Shown: positions 30,931 to 46,800 of the stretch, one piece after another
Layout: each line of letters starts with the position of its first letter
How positions within the stretch are numbered: position 1 is the stretch's first letter
Origin: the human T2T-CHM13v2.0 reference genome, Homo sapiens
Reading direction: 5' to 3' (one strand)
Assembly: GCF_009914755.1 (NCBI RefSeq)
Contig: NC_060934.1
Length of the DNA stretch: 64,000 nucleotides
Program-made: the position numbers and the translations under genes
Notes under the pieces: generated by a model
Database searches by the model: none
What the model was told of the DNA's origin: nothing
The model's input: the letters and a program-made list of their open reading frames with translations, nothing else

Positions 30931-31839
30931 CAGAAAAATATGTTTTAATACATTATTTATATATTTATCTGTGTACCAATGTAGTCCTAAAATGTGACTT
31001 TTAATCTTTTCCTATGGAGGAAGGGGCTCAGGAGGGCAAAGTGCCTAGAGGCTAATGGAAGCCACAGGCAGTGCTGTCTTTACCTGGTCACAGTCTCCCT
31101 AGAAGACAGTGACTCTGTCATTTTACAGAGCCAGAGAATGAAGCCCTTCTTTGCCCATGGTTACAAATCCAGTGCCTGTTTCATATTTCTCCTCCTTATG
31201 CTGCCTCTTCATAAGGCATCGCCTTGATTTCTTCTTAAAACGATTTATTCTGGGGCTGATTTTTCCCAACCTTAATGTAATTGTACTTTAATCAATAAAA
31301 AATTTCCTGTGGAACAACTGGGAGGGGTGGGGAGGAGAGAAGCCCAGCAAATGTGAATTGTTGTTTATTTGTCTCTCTTAAACAATGTTTCACGTTAAAC
31401 CAGTTGCAAATGAAATGAATTGTATTATAACCATCTTGGAAAAATAGCTGCTGATCTCATAAATTCATCGAGCTTCCTGGTTCCAAAGCCCTCTCTTACA
31501 ATAATAGTAAGTGTTGCTGTGCTCAGTAAATATCTGCCTCCACTTGGCTGGTAGTGAAGGAACTAGAATGGCAAACCCAAGATGGGCCCCCCTTCTGCCT
31601 CCTCCAAAATCACAGGTTTTGTGCTGACCCTGAACAGGAATGGAGAGGAACATGGCTTCCCAGGACAGTGACTACTGTCCTGTCTCCTAGGATGCCAGTA
31701 TCCCAAATATCATCACTCACCCAGTAGGTTGCTCCTCTGGGCACCTCCACTGCCTTGCGTCTGTTCTCAGTGCTGCTTCCGTGGCATCTGCCTTTGTGTC
31801 ATCGGTTCATCTGGGCACAGGCCTCTCTCAGAACTTATA

Positions 31840-32050
31840 AGCAGTGGCTATGACTGTGGGCTTTGGAATCAGACAGACCTGGGTTCCAGAGTCACCTTGA
31901 ACAGGTTGCTTAATCTCTCTAAGCCTCAATTTCCTCATCTATAAAATGGAAGCAGTAAACTTATCCCTCATAGGATTGCTACAGTGATGAAATACACATC
32001 AAGGGCTTAGCGCTTGCCTGTCTGTAGTGCATGTTCAATCAAAGGCAGCT
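31840..32050 (+). mobile_element. MIR
   Basis: GGGCTTTGGAATCAGACAGACCTGGGTTC...AAGCCTCAATTTCCTCATCTATAAAATGG. Confidence 0.8.
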
Positions 32051-32101
32051 GTATTCTAGCAGGACAGTGCAATAACTGAACACTCTTGGTGGGTAGCCTG
32101 A

Positions 32102-32443
<342 letters not shown>

Positions 32444-35400
32444 TAAATGTCATAATGACTGTGGTGTTAATAAACATCAGGAAGTGTGCTTGGCAGTTTG
32501 CAAACTGGACCTTATCTTACCTGTTCAGGTGTGTGAGATCTTCTCAGAGATGGAACAAGTTCCTCAAGTTTATGATCTCAAAACCCACAATGTCTGTTCC
32601 TCAATGCAGGTCTCTTAACACCTGTCTGTTACATTATGTTGGTCATCCAAGGATGCATTAAGCAGAAAAGAAACACCTCACCTAGGTGTTACTAAATTCC
32701 ATTATCCTCCTGTCAGACGTCCATGGTGGGAGAGACTTTGGTCCCCACCAACCTGGGTTTCTGCAGGGTTTCACTACCTGCCTTTTTATAGAGTCTTGTA
32801 TAAGACAAATGGCATTTTAAGCTGTTTTTCTTTTTGCAGGTTTGGAAATCTTATTTAAATCAATGTAATGAGACACTTTGAACAAAATGTAATCATTCTC
32901 ACTTCTCCACGTGTTGGAAGAAGCAGTATAGAGTTGGAGACTTGGGGTTAGATTAGAGCTGGCTGTCTTCACAGATTTGCATCCTTGCCGTGTGCTCTGA
33001 GTTGTCACAGTGTATCAGATAGGTGGGATGTTTTTGCCTCTGTGCTAAGTAAATTACATTCTAGAAGAATTAAGAGGGCTGTTATTTCATGGTGATTTTT
33101 TAAAAAAAGTCAGACACCCCAGAACCGAGCTAGAATTGTTGGACCAGTTTTCTTCCCTTTTCTTCTTGGCCTCCTTCTTGTCAAGAACAACTGTTCTCCA
33201 GTTTTCAAGAAGGCTCTGTTGAAGTGGAAACATAAGCCTCCATTAAAGTATAAGGGTTTGCGAGGAGGTCAAGGGAGTCATTACTTTGTCTTTTACAACA
33301 AGGATGTATTTATATATTCTGAGTTAAAAAAAATGCTTTTAAAGAAGGTGTGAGCAAAGATAAAAATTATTTCTTACAGCTAAAGAAAAGTAGTCTCTTC
33401 ATCGTTATCCATGAGGGAATAACTCATTGACACTTATAAAAGAGCGTCCTAGCCCAAGATATCATGTGGTGGGAAATTTGATTGGAAGAATCTCTTCCAC
33501 TAACTTGTGCATGAGAATATTTGTTCCAGCTCCAAAGCCTTAGAAGCTGTTAGAGAAAGGTGGGAGGGTATTTGGCTGGCCTTGGGAAATGGTAACCTAA
33601 CACTGGAAGCCCCTTGCTTTTGTTCTCCTTATTGTACATAAGAAGATGAGATTTTATTTCCAGATTTCAAAACACGGACCAACTTGCAATAAGAAATAAA
33701 CCCCCGCCAAGGTGATGAATTATGTTGCTTTTTAATTTAGAAACTGGCCCTCCGATCAGAAAGAGTAAGGATGACTTTAAATAACCAGATTGATTTGCAG
33801 GTTGGGGCAAAGTAGAGGGATCTGGTGGATCTCAGAGACTCTTTCTTGGCTGCCTAGAACCTCATATTGAGGCTCCTTCAGAGGCTGCTTGTGTGAGCCT
33901 CTGACTAAATCCTTAAAATAACTGCTGTTGGAAGTCCTGTAAGTTTCAAAATTTGTTACTGGAGCAAGGAAAGGGTGTGTTGGGTGTCTCACTCGGCTTG
34001 AAGTAAGGACCTGAAAGCTTAGCAGCCAATAAAAAGAGAATTAGGGGAAGATGAATATTAATTTTAGGAAATACAAACCTCAGTTTTCTCATCCAAGCCC
34101 TTCCTTTCCTCCTCCTCCCATTTAGAATTGAAGAATTGCAATGGCTTTGACTTAAAAGGATAAGAAAGAGTAGTGATTTTCTTAAATCGGAGGAGACAAA
34201 CATGGAATTTTTATAAAATGTAATATTTGCTGGTATTTAAGTATACTTTGGTGGTATCTTGGCTGGCGTTCAGAGACTGTTGAAATCATCTTGATTGTGA
34301 AAAGTCGCTAAATGGAGCTGTTAAATTGTGCTTCGCAAATTACATTTAGCTGCAAAGTATTGGTTCAGTCTAGGCCTCCTGAATGATAACACCTATTATA
34401 TAGATGTTCTCTGTCCACATCCCACCTGAGGAAAAAAAAATCACATCAGGTTTGAAGTTCAGTTGAGGCAAATTTTATATTAGTAATATCGTTCATTATT
34501 GAGAGAGATCTCGGCTGCTGACCTGCGTATGAAGCACTTGCCCCATGGAAGTTGTGGCAAGCCAAGTGCCAGAAAAAAAAAAAATGAAAAAGGAAATATT
34601 TAAATGGTAGACTATGTACTTGATGTATCCATTTTTCTTCTGCATGAACCCAGTCATAATCCAAATTATATTTTTTAAACCCCCTTTTGTTCTTACTGTT
34701 GTACCAACCATAGCTTTTAAAATCTCAGACTCAGAGATGAAATACAGAACATCTTTTTCAGAGCTGGGACATAAACACCTTCAAAGTGCTGAGCTCTGGG
34801 ATGTGCTTTACGTTTTAATTATTCATCCCCTGGGCTCCACTGTTTCTTTGGGAGCCACCAACTCCTCCTTGGTCTGGAGTCTCATCTGTTTTCTCCATCA
34901 ATGGAGGATAGGACTGGGAGCTCCCTGAGAGCAGGTGCTGTCATGTTCACCCATGTAAACCCACTGCTGAACACAGCATTTGGCACTGAGTAGGAACCAA
35001 ATAAAGGTTCGCTGACTGCATGAGGAAAGCATAGACATTATCCTTGCATATCTACATAAGGAGACTTAGGTTACTCTTCCTGGGATCTTGCCCTCAGATG
35101 CTGCTTGCATGGTCTCTTTCTCCCTTGAAGAGACTTCATCTGGACATTGAACGTGGTCTTCCTTGAACTGGGGCCAGTGGAGCTTGCTCATGTGGAGGCA
35201 GCAGGTGGGGGGGGCCTCAGTCAGCTGAGTGAAAGGAGGAAGATGAAGGCTAAGGTTTAGGTACAACAATCCTCCAATATATCCTCCACTCTTGCTGGAA
35301 TGGAGAGTAGGCCCATCACTACCATGCATGAGCGCAGCCTCGCTGCCTTCAGGATTTAATAGAAAACCCATAGCATTGCCACCAAGGTTCTCTCAGAGTT

Positions 35401-35859
35401 CCAAACCCGTATTTCAGACACAGCACCTAAATTCCAGAGTCCTCACTGGTTCATACCAGTTACAGCCCTGGGGACAGGAGATTCTCCTCTCTCCTTTTGA
35501 CCTTTTGAGGCAGCAGGGGCAGGCAGACCCACACATTGGGCCCAGATCTATTCTCCAGGCCTCCTTAGCTGTGTGACTGTTGTTAAATTACTTAATCTCT
35601 TTTTGGCATCAGTTTGCCCATCTGAAAAATGGGGCTCATAATAACTTCCTTAGGGCTGCCCAAAGGAGGAGAGAGAATGTTCATGACTGACAGGCTGGAA
35701 AGATTAATGAGTCATGGTATTTTAATCTGCCTGGGGAGTTTCTATGTATCCTTCAAAAGTTAGCTTGAGGGGTTTCTCTTCCCTGCGAAGACTTTCTTCA
35801 CTCTCTTTGCTACCAAGATTCTGCCTCTGCTGTGACTCTTGTCAGAACACTTACTTGTA

Positions 35860-35940
35860 TTAGGTTGGTGCAAAAGTAATTGCGGTTTTTGCAATCCTGT
35901 TTAATGACAAAAACCGCAATTACTTTTTGCACCAACTTAA
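35860..35940. mobile_element. MADE1 (Hsmar1-derived 80-bp palindromic MITE)
   Basis: TTAGGTTGGTGCAAAAGTAATTGCGGTTTTTG...CAAAAACCGCAATTACTTTTTGCACCAACTTAA flanked by a TA TSD. Confidence 0.95.
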
Positions 35941-36119
35941 TACATCTGTTCACATGCCCACCACCTTTTCTAGGCTATACACCCCTCTTTAAAGAGGGAT
36001 GGTGGCTTTTGGTCTTTATCCTCTTGCCACCTGCTACTTCTTAATCCACAGAAGGTATTCCCTTGGTGTCTGACCAGCCAATAGATGGAAGACCATTTTG
36101 ATGTTAAATCCTTTTTTTT

Positions 36120-36345
36120 TAACCACATATTATGTTAATCCATTTATATGAAATGTCCAGAATAGGCAAGTCTATACAGACAGAAAGTAGATGAGTAGTT
36201 GCCAGGGTGTTAATGGGTATGAGGTTTCCTTTTGGGGTGATGAAAATGTTCTAAATTGATTGGAGTGATGGTTGCATTGTGAGTGTCCTAAAAAACATTA
36301 AATTACATATATGTAATCGTATCATTTTTAATCTTATCTTTTTGA
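36120..36345 (+). mobile_element. L1M (L1MB/MC-type) 3' fragment
   Basis: CCATTTATATGAAATGTCCAGAATAGGCAA...GGGGTGATGAAAATGTTCTAAATTG. Confidence 0.8.
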
Positions 36346-36814
36346 GGATACAATGGGTGCAATTGTGTGAGCTACGTGTGTATGATGAGAATCAGGTGGT
36401 TGTGGATCTTTGTCCCGGGATCAAAAGAGGAGAAGTAATAGAGAGAAATAATAATACCATTGTCTTCACTTAGGCTGAAATGTGCTTTCTAAGGGGTTAA
36501 AAGTAAAGAATTGTGCTGGCGAGGTGTGTTCTGTGCAATGGTCATCTGTTTTTGAGATTATCTTCCAAATAAGGCAACACCAAGCTTCACTTAGGGATTG
36601 TTTTGAACACAAGACTGGAAGAGATTCTTTAATACTGCAATCTGAAACCAGAAATTTGCGTCTCATAAAAATCACGAGAATTCTCAAAGCCACCAGCCCA
36701 CTGGAGGGTCTCTGAGAGGTACCTGGGAATACCATGAATCTGACAGGGCTCTTCTCAGAGGTTCAGAGTCAAGCAGAAGGCAGCTGGGGTGTGTTGAGAA
36801 CAGTGTGAGATTTA

Positions 36815-37015
36815 AAATAGTGCCAGGCAACTTGCCCCTGCCATTAGCTGGATGACCTTGGGCAAGTCATTCACCTCATTGAGCTGCCTGTGTCCTCCTG
36901 TATAAAATGGGACTATTCTTGACAGACCCTAAGAGAGATTCTAGGAGGATTGAATGAATCTAAGCACATGAAAGGGCTTTATAAATTTGGGAGTGTTATA
37001 CAGATGAGTGATTAT
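36815..37015 (+). mobile_element. MIR
   Basis: TGACCTTGGGCAAGTCATTCACCTC...CTGTATAAAATGGG. Confidence 0.7.
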
Positions 37016-38195
37016 ACCATGCATAATAAACTATTTGTAATTATACAGTGTTAAGCTGGCTGTGTGTGCTGAGAAGGAGAGCTGAAGGGAGCAGGGCAAT
37101 TGCTGTAATCAACATTCGGGTGTGTTATGTCCCCAAAATGTGATCAGGGAAACACTAACTTGTTGAGGTGAGCCATGAATGACAAAAAAGTGGGGGAGGG
37201 TGAGGAAGCGGATGGGAGAGGATTTCATGGTAAAATAAAGTCAGAAAAAGCAGCATCTTCCCCCCTGTGCATTAAAATGTCCATTAGCATGTTAAAGGCT
37301 CCAAGCTGTTTGTGTAACTTTTTGTTAAACTCAGTGTTTCCCGTGCTGTGGTGCCCCTTTTCCACATAACCCTTGGTAACATACTCCCTTCTTTCTCAAG
37401 GAACTAGTGTTCCTTGGCATACTTTGGAAAACAGCTTGCAAAGCAATAATCAGACAAGTACCTACGGGGCGTTCACTGTGTGCTACATTAGCCTGACTAC
37501 TTTGCATCTTTTAACTACTGTTAAAGACCCCCCAGGAAGTCACTGTTCTTAAGTCCATTTTACAGTTTGGGAACCCAAGGCTTAACAAAAGGAACCAAAG
37601 GAAGACTATAGAGATGGGGTTAGGGTGAAAAGAACCATGAAGACATCTGGGCACTAGTAAGAAGCAAGAGGAAGACATAGTGCTACCTGGTGAAAGCTGC
37701 CGTCAGGGTGGAGCTGTGGCCTTGGCCAGAGCTGCCAGGCCAAAGCAGAGATGGGGCAGAGAAGAAATATGACAACTTCTCACTCTTTCCCACATGCGAT
37801 CTGTTAGGTGTCTCCCATTGGCTGAACAAGCAGAAGCCAGCCAGCCCATGAGGGAGCCCAATGATACAACATTCAGGGGTCACAGAGCAAGGAAGAAAGA
37901 ATGGGTAATAGATCCGGGAGTAGGATGAGAACAGAGGGACAGTGAATAACCAGAAAAAGAACCAACATTAATTAAAAATCTATCATGTGCTTCGCTTGTT
38001 TCCAGGGTGTTAGGAATTCAGACATGCTACAGACCTAGCTCCTGCCCTTCAAAGAACCCATATTCTGGAAAGGAGAGTCCAGCTTGAACAAGTAAATGCA
38101 GCCAAGTGTTACAGAGTAACTGTATCTTAGAAATTAAGCTGATATTCGTGATCCAAAATAGCAGATTTCTGGCAGCAAGACTATATTCTCTAGAT

Positions 38196-38411
38196 CAAGG
38201 GTCAGCAGAGCCAGATAGTAAATATTTTAGATTTGTGCACCATAAGGTCTCTGAGGCAAATGCACCACTCTATAATCACACAACTGTGCCGTCGTAGTGT
38301 AAAAGCAGCCAAAGACAATATGTAAATGAATGTGCATGACTATGTTGTAATAAAACTTTATTTACAAAAACAGGTGTTGGGCTGAATTTGGCCCATAGTT
38401 TGCCAACCCTT
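38196..38411 (+). mobile_element. MER58A
   Basis: GCCAGATAGTAAATATTTTAG...AAAGCAGCC..AGACAATATGTAAATGAATG...AATAAAACTTTATTTACAAAAACAGG...TAGTTTGCCAACCC. Confidence 0.85.
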
Positions 38412-39411
38412 TCAAACAGAAATAACCTTAAAGAAATATCTGAGAGATACCCAGAAACAGGGATCTGTAGCACTGGTAACTCATGGTATGAAACCACAGA
38501 ACTATCACTGGAATTAATATAGTAGTCACGAGCAATTTGTTTATTGTCTTTTATGAGAAAAGAGAGGTAGGTTTGGATGTTAGAGATTGGGGAAAAGGGG
38601 ATATTTGCTGTGGAAATGATTTTCAGCAGATGGTAGGTACTTTGGGAAAGGTGACTAAACTAGAGCCATCCTCCTCCTGTCTTACATCAGCTTACTCAGT
38701 ACTAACCCTGTACAAAAAGGAAGTAAAACAGAGCACATCTGTATCATCAGCTTTCAATGATGTTCTTCCATGGTGCACTGTGACAGCACATTAGAAGGTG
38801 CCGGAGTTTTTATATGACTGCTTTGCCGTGAGATTAAATAGTGGTTTCAGTTTCCAGTAGGTTTCATAAGTATCTCTTTCAGCTGTTAAATTACTTTTAG
38901 TAATGTGCACACTAGAAAAAGAAAGAAAGAAATATCCATTCTGAACAACTGGGTGTCATGACAGAAAACAGAGCAGATGGTTTTGTGGACATGGCACCAA
39001 GTGAACCTGTAGCTGGTTACAGCAGAAGGATATGTTTAACCCAGAGGAGAGGGCTCTCACCAGGTCTTAACAGTTGAAGCTTTTAAGAGATTATTATTTT
39101 ACTTTGAATTGATTTTTGTTATTCACCAGAAACCAAAGGTGGCAAGCGAGAATCTCTACTAAAATAACTATACTTGCTAACTTTGGGTCTTTGTTGGGGC
39201 TTTGGGGTATCAGAACAATGAAATAACAGGCACTGTGAGGCTTTTCCTCCTGTTCTGTTCTCCTCTCCTAGCTATATTTCAGAACATCTTATCTCAAGAT
39301 AGTTGGCCAAAAGGAACCTGTACACAGAACAACCTCATTTTTCCCAAGTGCCTCTTCGGACCCAGGACACAATGATTTTAAAATTTCTTTTCAGGCAGAC
39401 GCTCTAAAGAG

Positions 39412-40035
<624 letters not shown>

Positions 40036-41384
40036 TCTAAAAGATTTTTGAAAAAAATAATCCATGTATTCCTTTGCCCAGTTTTAAGTGGACATCTACA
40101 TTTTTAATCATGTTTTGAATAAATTTTGTGTTAATAAGTAAAAAATGTTAAACATGATAGGAAATGAAATAAGATGGTGATTAACTATAATTAGAAGACA
40201 TATTACATATGATTTGATAAAAATCTGAAGTTTAAATCTGTGTTTAATAAAGCACAACAGTTCTAAAATAAATTATCTAAAATTTTTATGCATAGGTTTA
40301 TGCAGTTTATGTCAAAAAATCTGGTAGCCTTGCCGTGCATTCCAGCTACACTTTAATGGATCAGCATCGTTAACCTTTATTAGTTTGGCTTTTCTGAATT
40401 TAGAGCATCATAACACAGGCCAAAGTACTCTATTTCTAATGCTAAGCTTCCTCTTGAACAGAACTATGTGCAAAAAGGGAAAGATCAAAAGGCTATGGCT
40501 TGAGGTTCCTTGATAGATCAATAAGGAAGCATCTCCAAAACCAATACTTTGATTTGACTCTTTAGTGCTCATAATAGGACTAGGGATGGAGGATGGGTGA
40601 AGAAGGAGATGGGCTGTTCTGATTGCTGGCTCATTCTTGGGCAGATGCATTAGGGAGTGGAGTAGTATCTAAGTTGAAGATCTGCCCCATCCCTATGTAG
40701 GTTCCCTTTAAAAAGTCTTCTCGTACCCTCAAAGGAGAGATTCACCATTTTGAAGACCACTGATTTAAGATGAGTCACTGACAGAGGCAAGAGGCCTTTT
40801 CCCTTCTTTCCTTGTTGAGCTGCCCCAGAAGCCCTGCGGTAAGGTGAAGGAAAACAATGCAACCTATAAAAGTGCTCTTGACACAGATGTTAGCTCCCAG
40901 AAGTCAGTGCAGTTGCAGAGGTGGCTCAGCACTTAGAGCATGGTGGACAAACTCCTCAAGTGGCGAGATTATTTTATTTTTTAAAGTCACTAAAATGAGA
41001 TGACTGCCTAACCACATGACCCTTTGTCTAAAAAAGGCCTGCCAGGCAGTGGCTACAGTCATGTTGGGCAGATAACCTTCTCCAGATTCCTTCAGGCTTT
41101 TAGGAAGTGTCATTGGTTCAGAGCCTGTGGTGAACTAATGAAATGACTGCTCTTATCCTTTGGAAGAAGGCTCAGATGTTTACTGCAACACTGTCTGTAG
41201 GCAATTACATTTGTCAGCACTCTCAAAGGTCTAGGAGGGATACCAAAGAATTAGGACACCGATTCTGTGCCCTCCAGGATATATTCTAGTTGTGGATTGG
41301 AGAGACACCACTTTTCCTCCCCAGAGCAACCAAGCATGCATCTACACAGAAAATATAACCCTTCCCAGATGTTCCCCTCTTTGT

Positions 41385-41688
41385 CATTGTTGTGTAAAAT
41401 AGACATAACATAAAATTTATTATTTTAACCATTTTTAAGTGCACAATTCAGTGGCATTAAGTACATTCACAATATTGTGTAACTGTCACCACTATCTATT
41501 TCTAGAACTTTTTCACCATTCCTAACAAAAACTTTGTATGCATTAAGCAATAGCTCTCCATTCCTTCCAACCCTCCTAGACCCCCTGCACCTAGCAACTT
41601 CTATTCTATTTTCTGTCTCTATGAGTCACCCTGTTTTGTGATTCCACTTTTAAATACCTCGTATAAGTGGAATCACAATATTTATCCT

Positions 41689-41739
<51 letters not shown>

Positions 41740-42410
41740 AAATTTTGTTATCTGTTCATCTATTGAGGAACTATTGGGTTGTTTCTACCTTTTGGCTATT
41801 TTGTGATAATGCTACAATCAACATTGGTATGTAAATAACTGTTTTTGAGTCCTTGTTTTTAATTCTTTGGAGTATATACCTAGGAGTGGAATTATCACAT
41901 GGCAATTCTGTATATAAATTTTTAAGGAAGTCCCATACTTTTTCATCATGGCTGCACCATTTTACATTCCCACCAACAATGCACAGGGGTTCCTATTTCT
42001 CCACATCCTTGCCAACACTTGGGATTTTTTTCTTTTCATTTTTATAATAGTCATCCTACTGGGTGTGAAGTAATATCTCACTGTGGTTTTGCTTTACATT
42101 TCCCTAATGAAGAGCATTTTTTAAGATGCCATTTATATATATTCTTTGGAGAATCATCAAAGTCCTTTGCCATTTTTAAATTGGTTTGTCTTTTTGTTAC
42201 TGAGTTGCAGGAGTTCTTTATGTATTCTAGTTATTAATCCCTTATCAGGTATATGCTTTGCAAATATTTTCCCCCTCTCCAAGACTGTCTTTTCACTTTA
42301 TTGATAGTGTCCATTGATGCACAAAAGCTTTTAATTTTGATGAAGTCCAGTTGTCTATTGTTTGTTGTTTTCTTATGTGCTTTTGGTATTATGGTTAAAA
42401 AATCATTGTG
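41385..42410 (-). mobile_element. L1MA/MB 3' fragment with an embedded (AC)24
   Basis: ACATAACATAAAATTT...AAGTGCACAATTCAGTGGCATTAAGTACATTCACAAT...TTCCCACCAACAATG. (AC)n spans 41691-41738. Confidence 0.85.
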
Positions 42411-42412
42411 GA

Positions 42413-42710
<298 letters not shown>

Positions 42711-43785
42711 GTGAATGGCTGACTCTAGCCAAAGTTTAACCCATGTGACGGGGAAGCAAGTTAAGGTAAGTCAGGCCCCATAGAATAACACCTCATATGT
42801 GGTAACAACTTTACCTACATGTCAATCTGGCCATGAAGTCTCACCTGTTGCATAATCCCTGTCTAGTGTGACATTTAAATTTAAATGTGGCTAAGATGAA
42901 CCCTATGGCAATAAGCTGCAAAATTCTCAAGATAAAAAGTGGCTCCCGGTCGTGGCTTAGAATTCAGTGACCCTTTGGGACAACCTTGGAGGTGGAGTTG
43001 GCTTTCTTCCCACTGCGTTCATTTGTTACTCAGAGTGGTAGCAGTGTTTGGTTATAGTTTAGTTTTGTGATGTTTTTTTTCTTGAGTGATGAAGCAATAG
43101 TGAGGGCAAAAGCTGATAGTAACATTTTGATACATATTTTTGTATTTGTCTATGCCTCTATTTTAAGTGGTTTGCTTTTGAAAACAGCTGGTTCAAACCC
43201 TTGGTTTTGGGTTTGAAATATTCTTTGTTTTGTTTGCATCCATGTACTGATATATTTTTCCCACATTTACTTTTTTTTAAGTTCTCCAGTGATGTTTTCG
43301 TTGCCTATCCTGGGAAGATCTGTGTTTCCATTTAGCAAAACAAATGGCAAGCTGGGGACCATTTAAAGTAGTTTTTTTTTAGTTAATAAAGCCAAGCCAA
43401 TCTCCTTGTTCTGTTATGTTAAAAGTACATTATCTTTTTATTGCCAGTTCTGTATGGCTAGTTCTGTTTTCTGTCTCAGCAATCTCAGGGCTGCCCCACT
43501 TGCTTACTGTGTCGAGAATTACAAAATCATTAAGGGTGGGGCAGCACCAGCTGACTTACAGTACAAACCATTTCTCAAAATAACCACAACAGTGCAATAC
43601 TGATGTGTAATTTACGTCACAGTTTGTTTTTATGAAATAGTTTGTGGCATTTTCATTTCTATTCCGGATGGAATCTTGTTCTCTTTCCCTTTTAATCAGG
43701 CATTTAATTTATTTTTATTATTAATATTTTCCACTCCTTGTTTTGGCATGCCTCCAATTTAACAGCTTTGATGAGGAAGGGAGAT

Positions 43786-43820
<35 letters not shown>

Positions 43821-43822
43821 CA
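43786..43822 (+). repeat. (AC)n microsatellite
   Basis: Direct read. Confidence 0.9.
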
Positions 43823-46800
43823 ACTGATCTTCCCTGACTCCAACTCTTCAACATCAGTTTAACTGCAAATGTGTTTTCCCCTTTGATGTGTACTAACTTT
43901 GGGTACTAAGTTTACTACCTTAAGAGAGATTGAAAAATACGGCAGGACACAGTACACATTTACATAGAGCTATAACCACGAATTGATAAAGTTGATGTAC
44001 AACTTTGGAATTTTAAACACTTTCAACCAATTCAAGCTATTTAGTCATATGCTCTGCTGCATTTTCCTTTTACAAATGTCTTTCTGTATAATGTCCTGTA
44101 ATTAGAACAGGAAATCATTGAGTAACTGCAAGATGAATAAGAGCACTTAGACTGAAAGGAAAATTACCTTCCGAGAAATTATATTCTCTTTTTTTTTCTT
44201 CATGTTACAATGTTGGTAATGATAGTAACAGCTGTAGCTACTCTTATCTGTAGAATTTTCATGCTTAGGTTTTCTGGAATAAAAATTTCATTTTCAGTAA
44301 TAATAAAAAATGCATGGACAGAAAATAGGAAATGCCTAATTGTGACAAATATTCGGTGTCACAACAGAGCAGCAATTAAATGGAAACTTCAATATAATTG
44401 TCAATAGCAGTAAGAATTGGAATAGCGCCAGGTATATAAAGTTGATGCTTTGCCGTTGGTTGGTTGCTAGGAGCACAGTGAAAAGTATAAAGCTTTGAGA
44501 AAAGAATGTCTAATGTAATAAAGTAACAGGAGGAAGCATAAATCATTGTGAGAACCTCACATATTGACATTATTTTGCTTAAATTGTTTCAAAACTAGAC
44601 ATCAAGCTTTATAACGTGAGCACATTCATATTTCCTTTAAAAAAAAAAGGAGAAAGAAAACTGTATGTTGTCTTTGAAGCACAAGGGACATTGTGTCTCA
44701 AACTTAGCCTTCATACATATTTGGAATCTTTTAAGTGAAAATCTTTAAATGTTTGTTTCTATTGGCATCCAAATGCATTTGCCCTAATACGATTAAGAGA
44801 ACTAAAGGGCAAAATACTTGGCAGATTTTTCAGTTGAGGTAATTAGGTGCAGGAAGGAACATGCATATTTTTTCCACTAGGCTCTATAAAATCCTGGGGC
44901 GAAGGTTTTTTTTTAAAAGATTTTTTTTAAAAAACTTACTGATGTTAGAAGTAGATTATAGTGGTTTTCAGTAAGCATAATAGTGTGATGTTTCCGAAAC
45001 AAGCCTCCCCTCACCCCAAGAATGAAAAAGAAAGTTACATTTCTAAATTGTTGTGTAAGAGATAAAAGCAAATTTCTCCTCTGGAATTTATGTTTTCAGC
45101 CTCCGTGCATTTGGCCGCCATTATCTATTTTCAAAAAATAGCATTATGGATATTTGAAAGTCAATGCTCCATTAATTCATTGTGTTTGCTATTTCATGCA
45201 TCTCTCTTTGTACAAAGACAACTTGAGCAACCTGCTATTCAGAATGAAGGCCTGCTCTTACCCTTTCTCCCCGACTCCTTCCCCACCCCCAGCCCAACTC
45301 TGAGGATTAAAGCAATGGTATACAGTTACTGTTTGAAAAGCTTGGGTGGAGTCTCATGTTATAATTACAGTTTCGCTATGGAATTCTGTTTCGGACTTTG
45401 AAATATATAAATAAGTAAAAAATTGACATTGAGAGAGGTTAACAAAACGTGTAATTAAGAGTCATTTTGGTTGAGCATTACAAGCAGTGTACTTTAGGTA
45501 TTAACTTTTAATAGGCAAAGTTCTTTTTATTGAAGTTGAAATGAGGTTTAGTAATGTTGGGTCTCTTATTCCCTTTGAATGTTTCATTTTAAAATAGGCA
45601 TTCACTTTTTTTTGGTATAGGAGAAATTCAGGAATGGGATGACATTTTAATAGAATATCATAATTATGGTTTAAAATTTCAGTCTTGGTTACTAGCAATT
45701 TATTACAGATCATTTTCTGTTGACTGAAGTCAAGTAACGTATATGTAACCCAACCAGCTACAACCAACTAGAGTGTGTTAGAAGAATACTCCTAGGGGTA
45801 CTTTGATTTCTTTTTCTCTATGGGTGTGGTTGAAAGAAAATCTGTGTTCCAGGAACACTTTGTTTGTCTTTTACAAAACAAATGTGCAATTTATTCATTC
45901 TTAGATTTATCTGCTTTCCCTATTATGAATTGGAAGGGGGAAAATATCTTACACAGCATTTATTGGCAGCCCTTGTTTCATGGGTAACTTTGCACAGGAG
46001 TGTTTACTTATGTGTATATGAAATGCGTGGGCAAGAAAGAAGTAGCCGAGGAATTTAAATAATTCTTGAAAGGACTATTTGGCTTTATTTGTTTCCTGGT
46101 GTACTAGGGCAAAATAAAATATGCCGACCATTGAACACTTTAGTATTTTTATAGCTGTATCAGAAGGAAGTTAATTTAATGCAAAGGCTTAGGAGGCAGT
46201 TTTAGGATCACAGAATTTTAGATCTGGAAATCTCTCCCCAAACTCAAAATTTTATACTCTGTTATACACACCTTTCATATAAAGTTGACCATATTTTGTC
46301 TTGAGGAAAAAAAAAAATGTTTTCACCAATAAAATAAACTGCAAAGAAGAGACCTGGACCCAGACTGTTTTACTCAGTGAAACTTCAACCTAGCTTCAAC
46401 CTTGGCTTTTCCAGGTCCCACTTTGACTCTGTATCTTTCCCTTTTACTTTTCACTTAGAATGCTTTGTAAACTTTCCTAGGAGTCCTCAAGGTCTCGTGG
46501 GCTTTCTCCAGTTTGGTAAATATTAAAGGCAACTCCTCTGGGGATGTCTAATTGCAAGGTTGGAAATCTGCCTCTGTCCAAACAATGCCAAAATTCTGGT
46601 CCAAACGGGAGGTTCTGTTCATAAGCAACAAAGTTATCATTTGTGTTTTGCCCCACCAAGCATTGCCACAATAGACCAAGCCCCAGCTGTGCCTGTAGCC
46701 TCTTAGTGTGTGGAAGGAGGTTGATGAAAGGTAGGGGTTCTAGGCTGGCAACACATAGAGTTGGGACTATTTCCTATCACATGCATAGAAAGTAGAAAGT

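Noticed and set aside
37600-37950. Possible ancient LTR fragment
   Set aside because: The resemblance is too weak to name a family or boundaries without Dfam.
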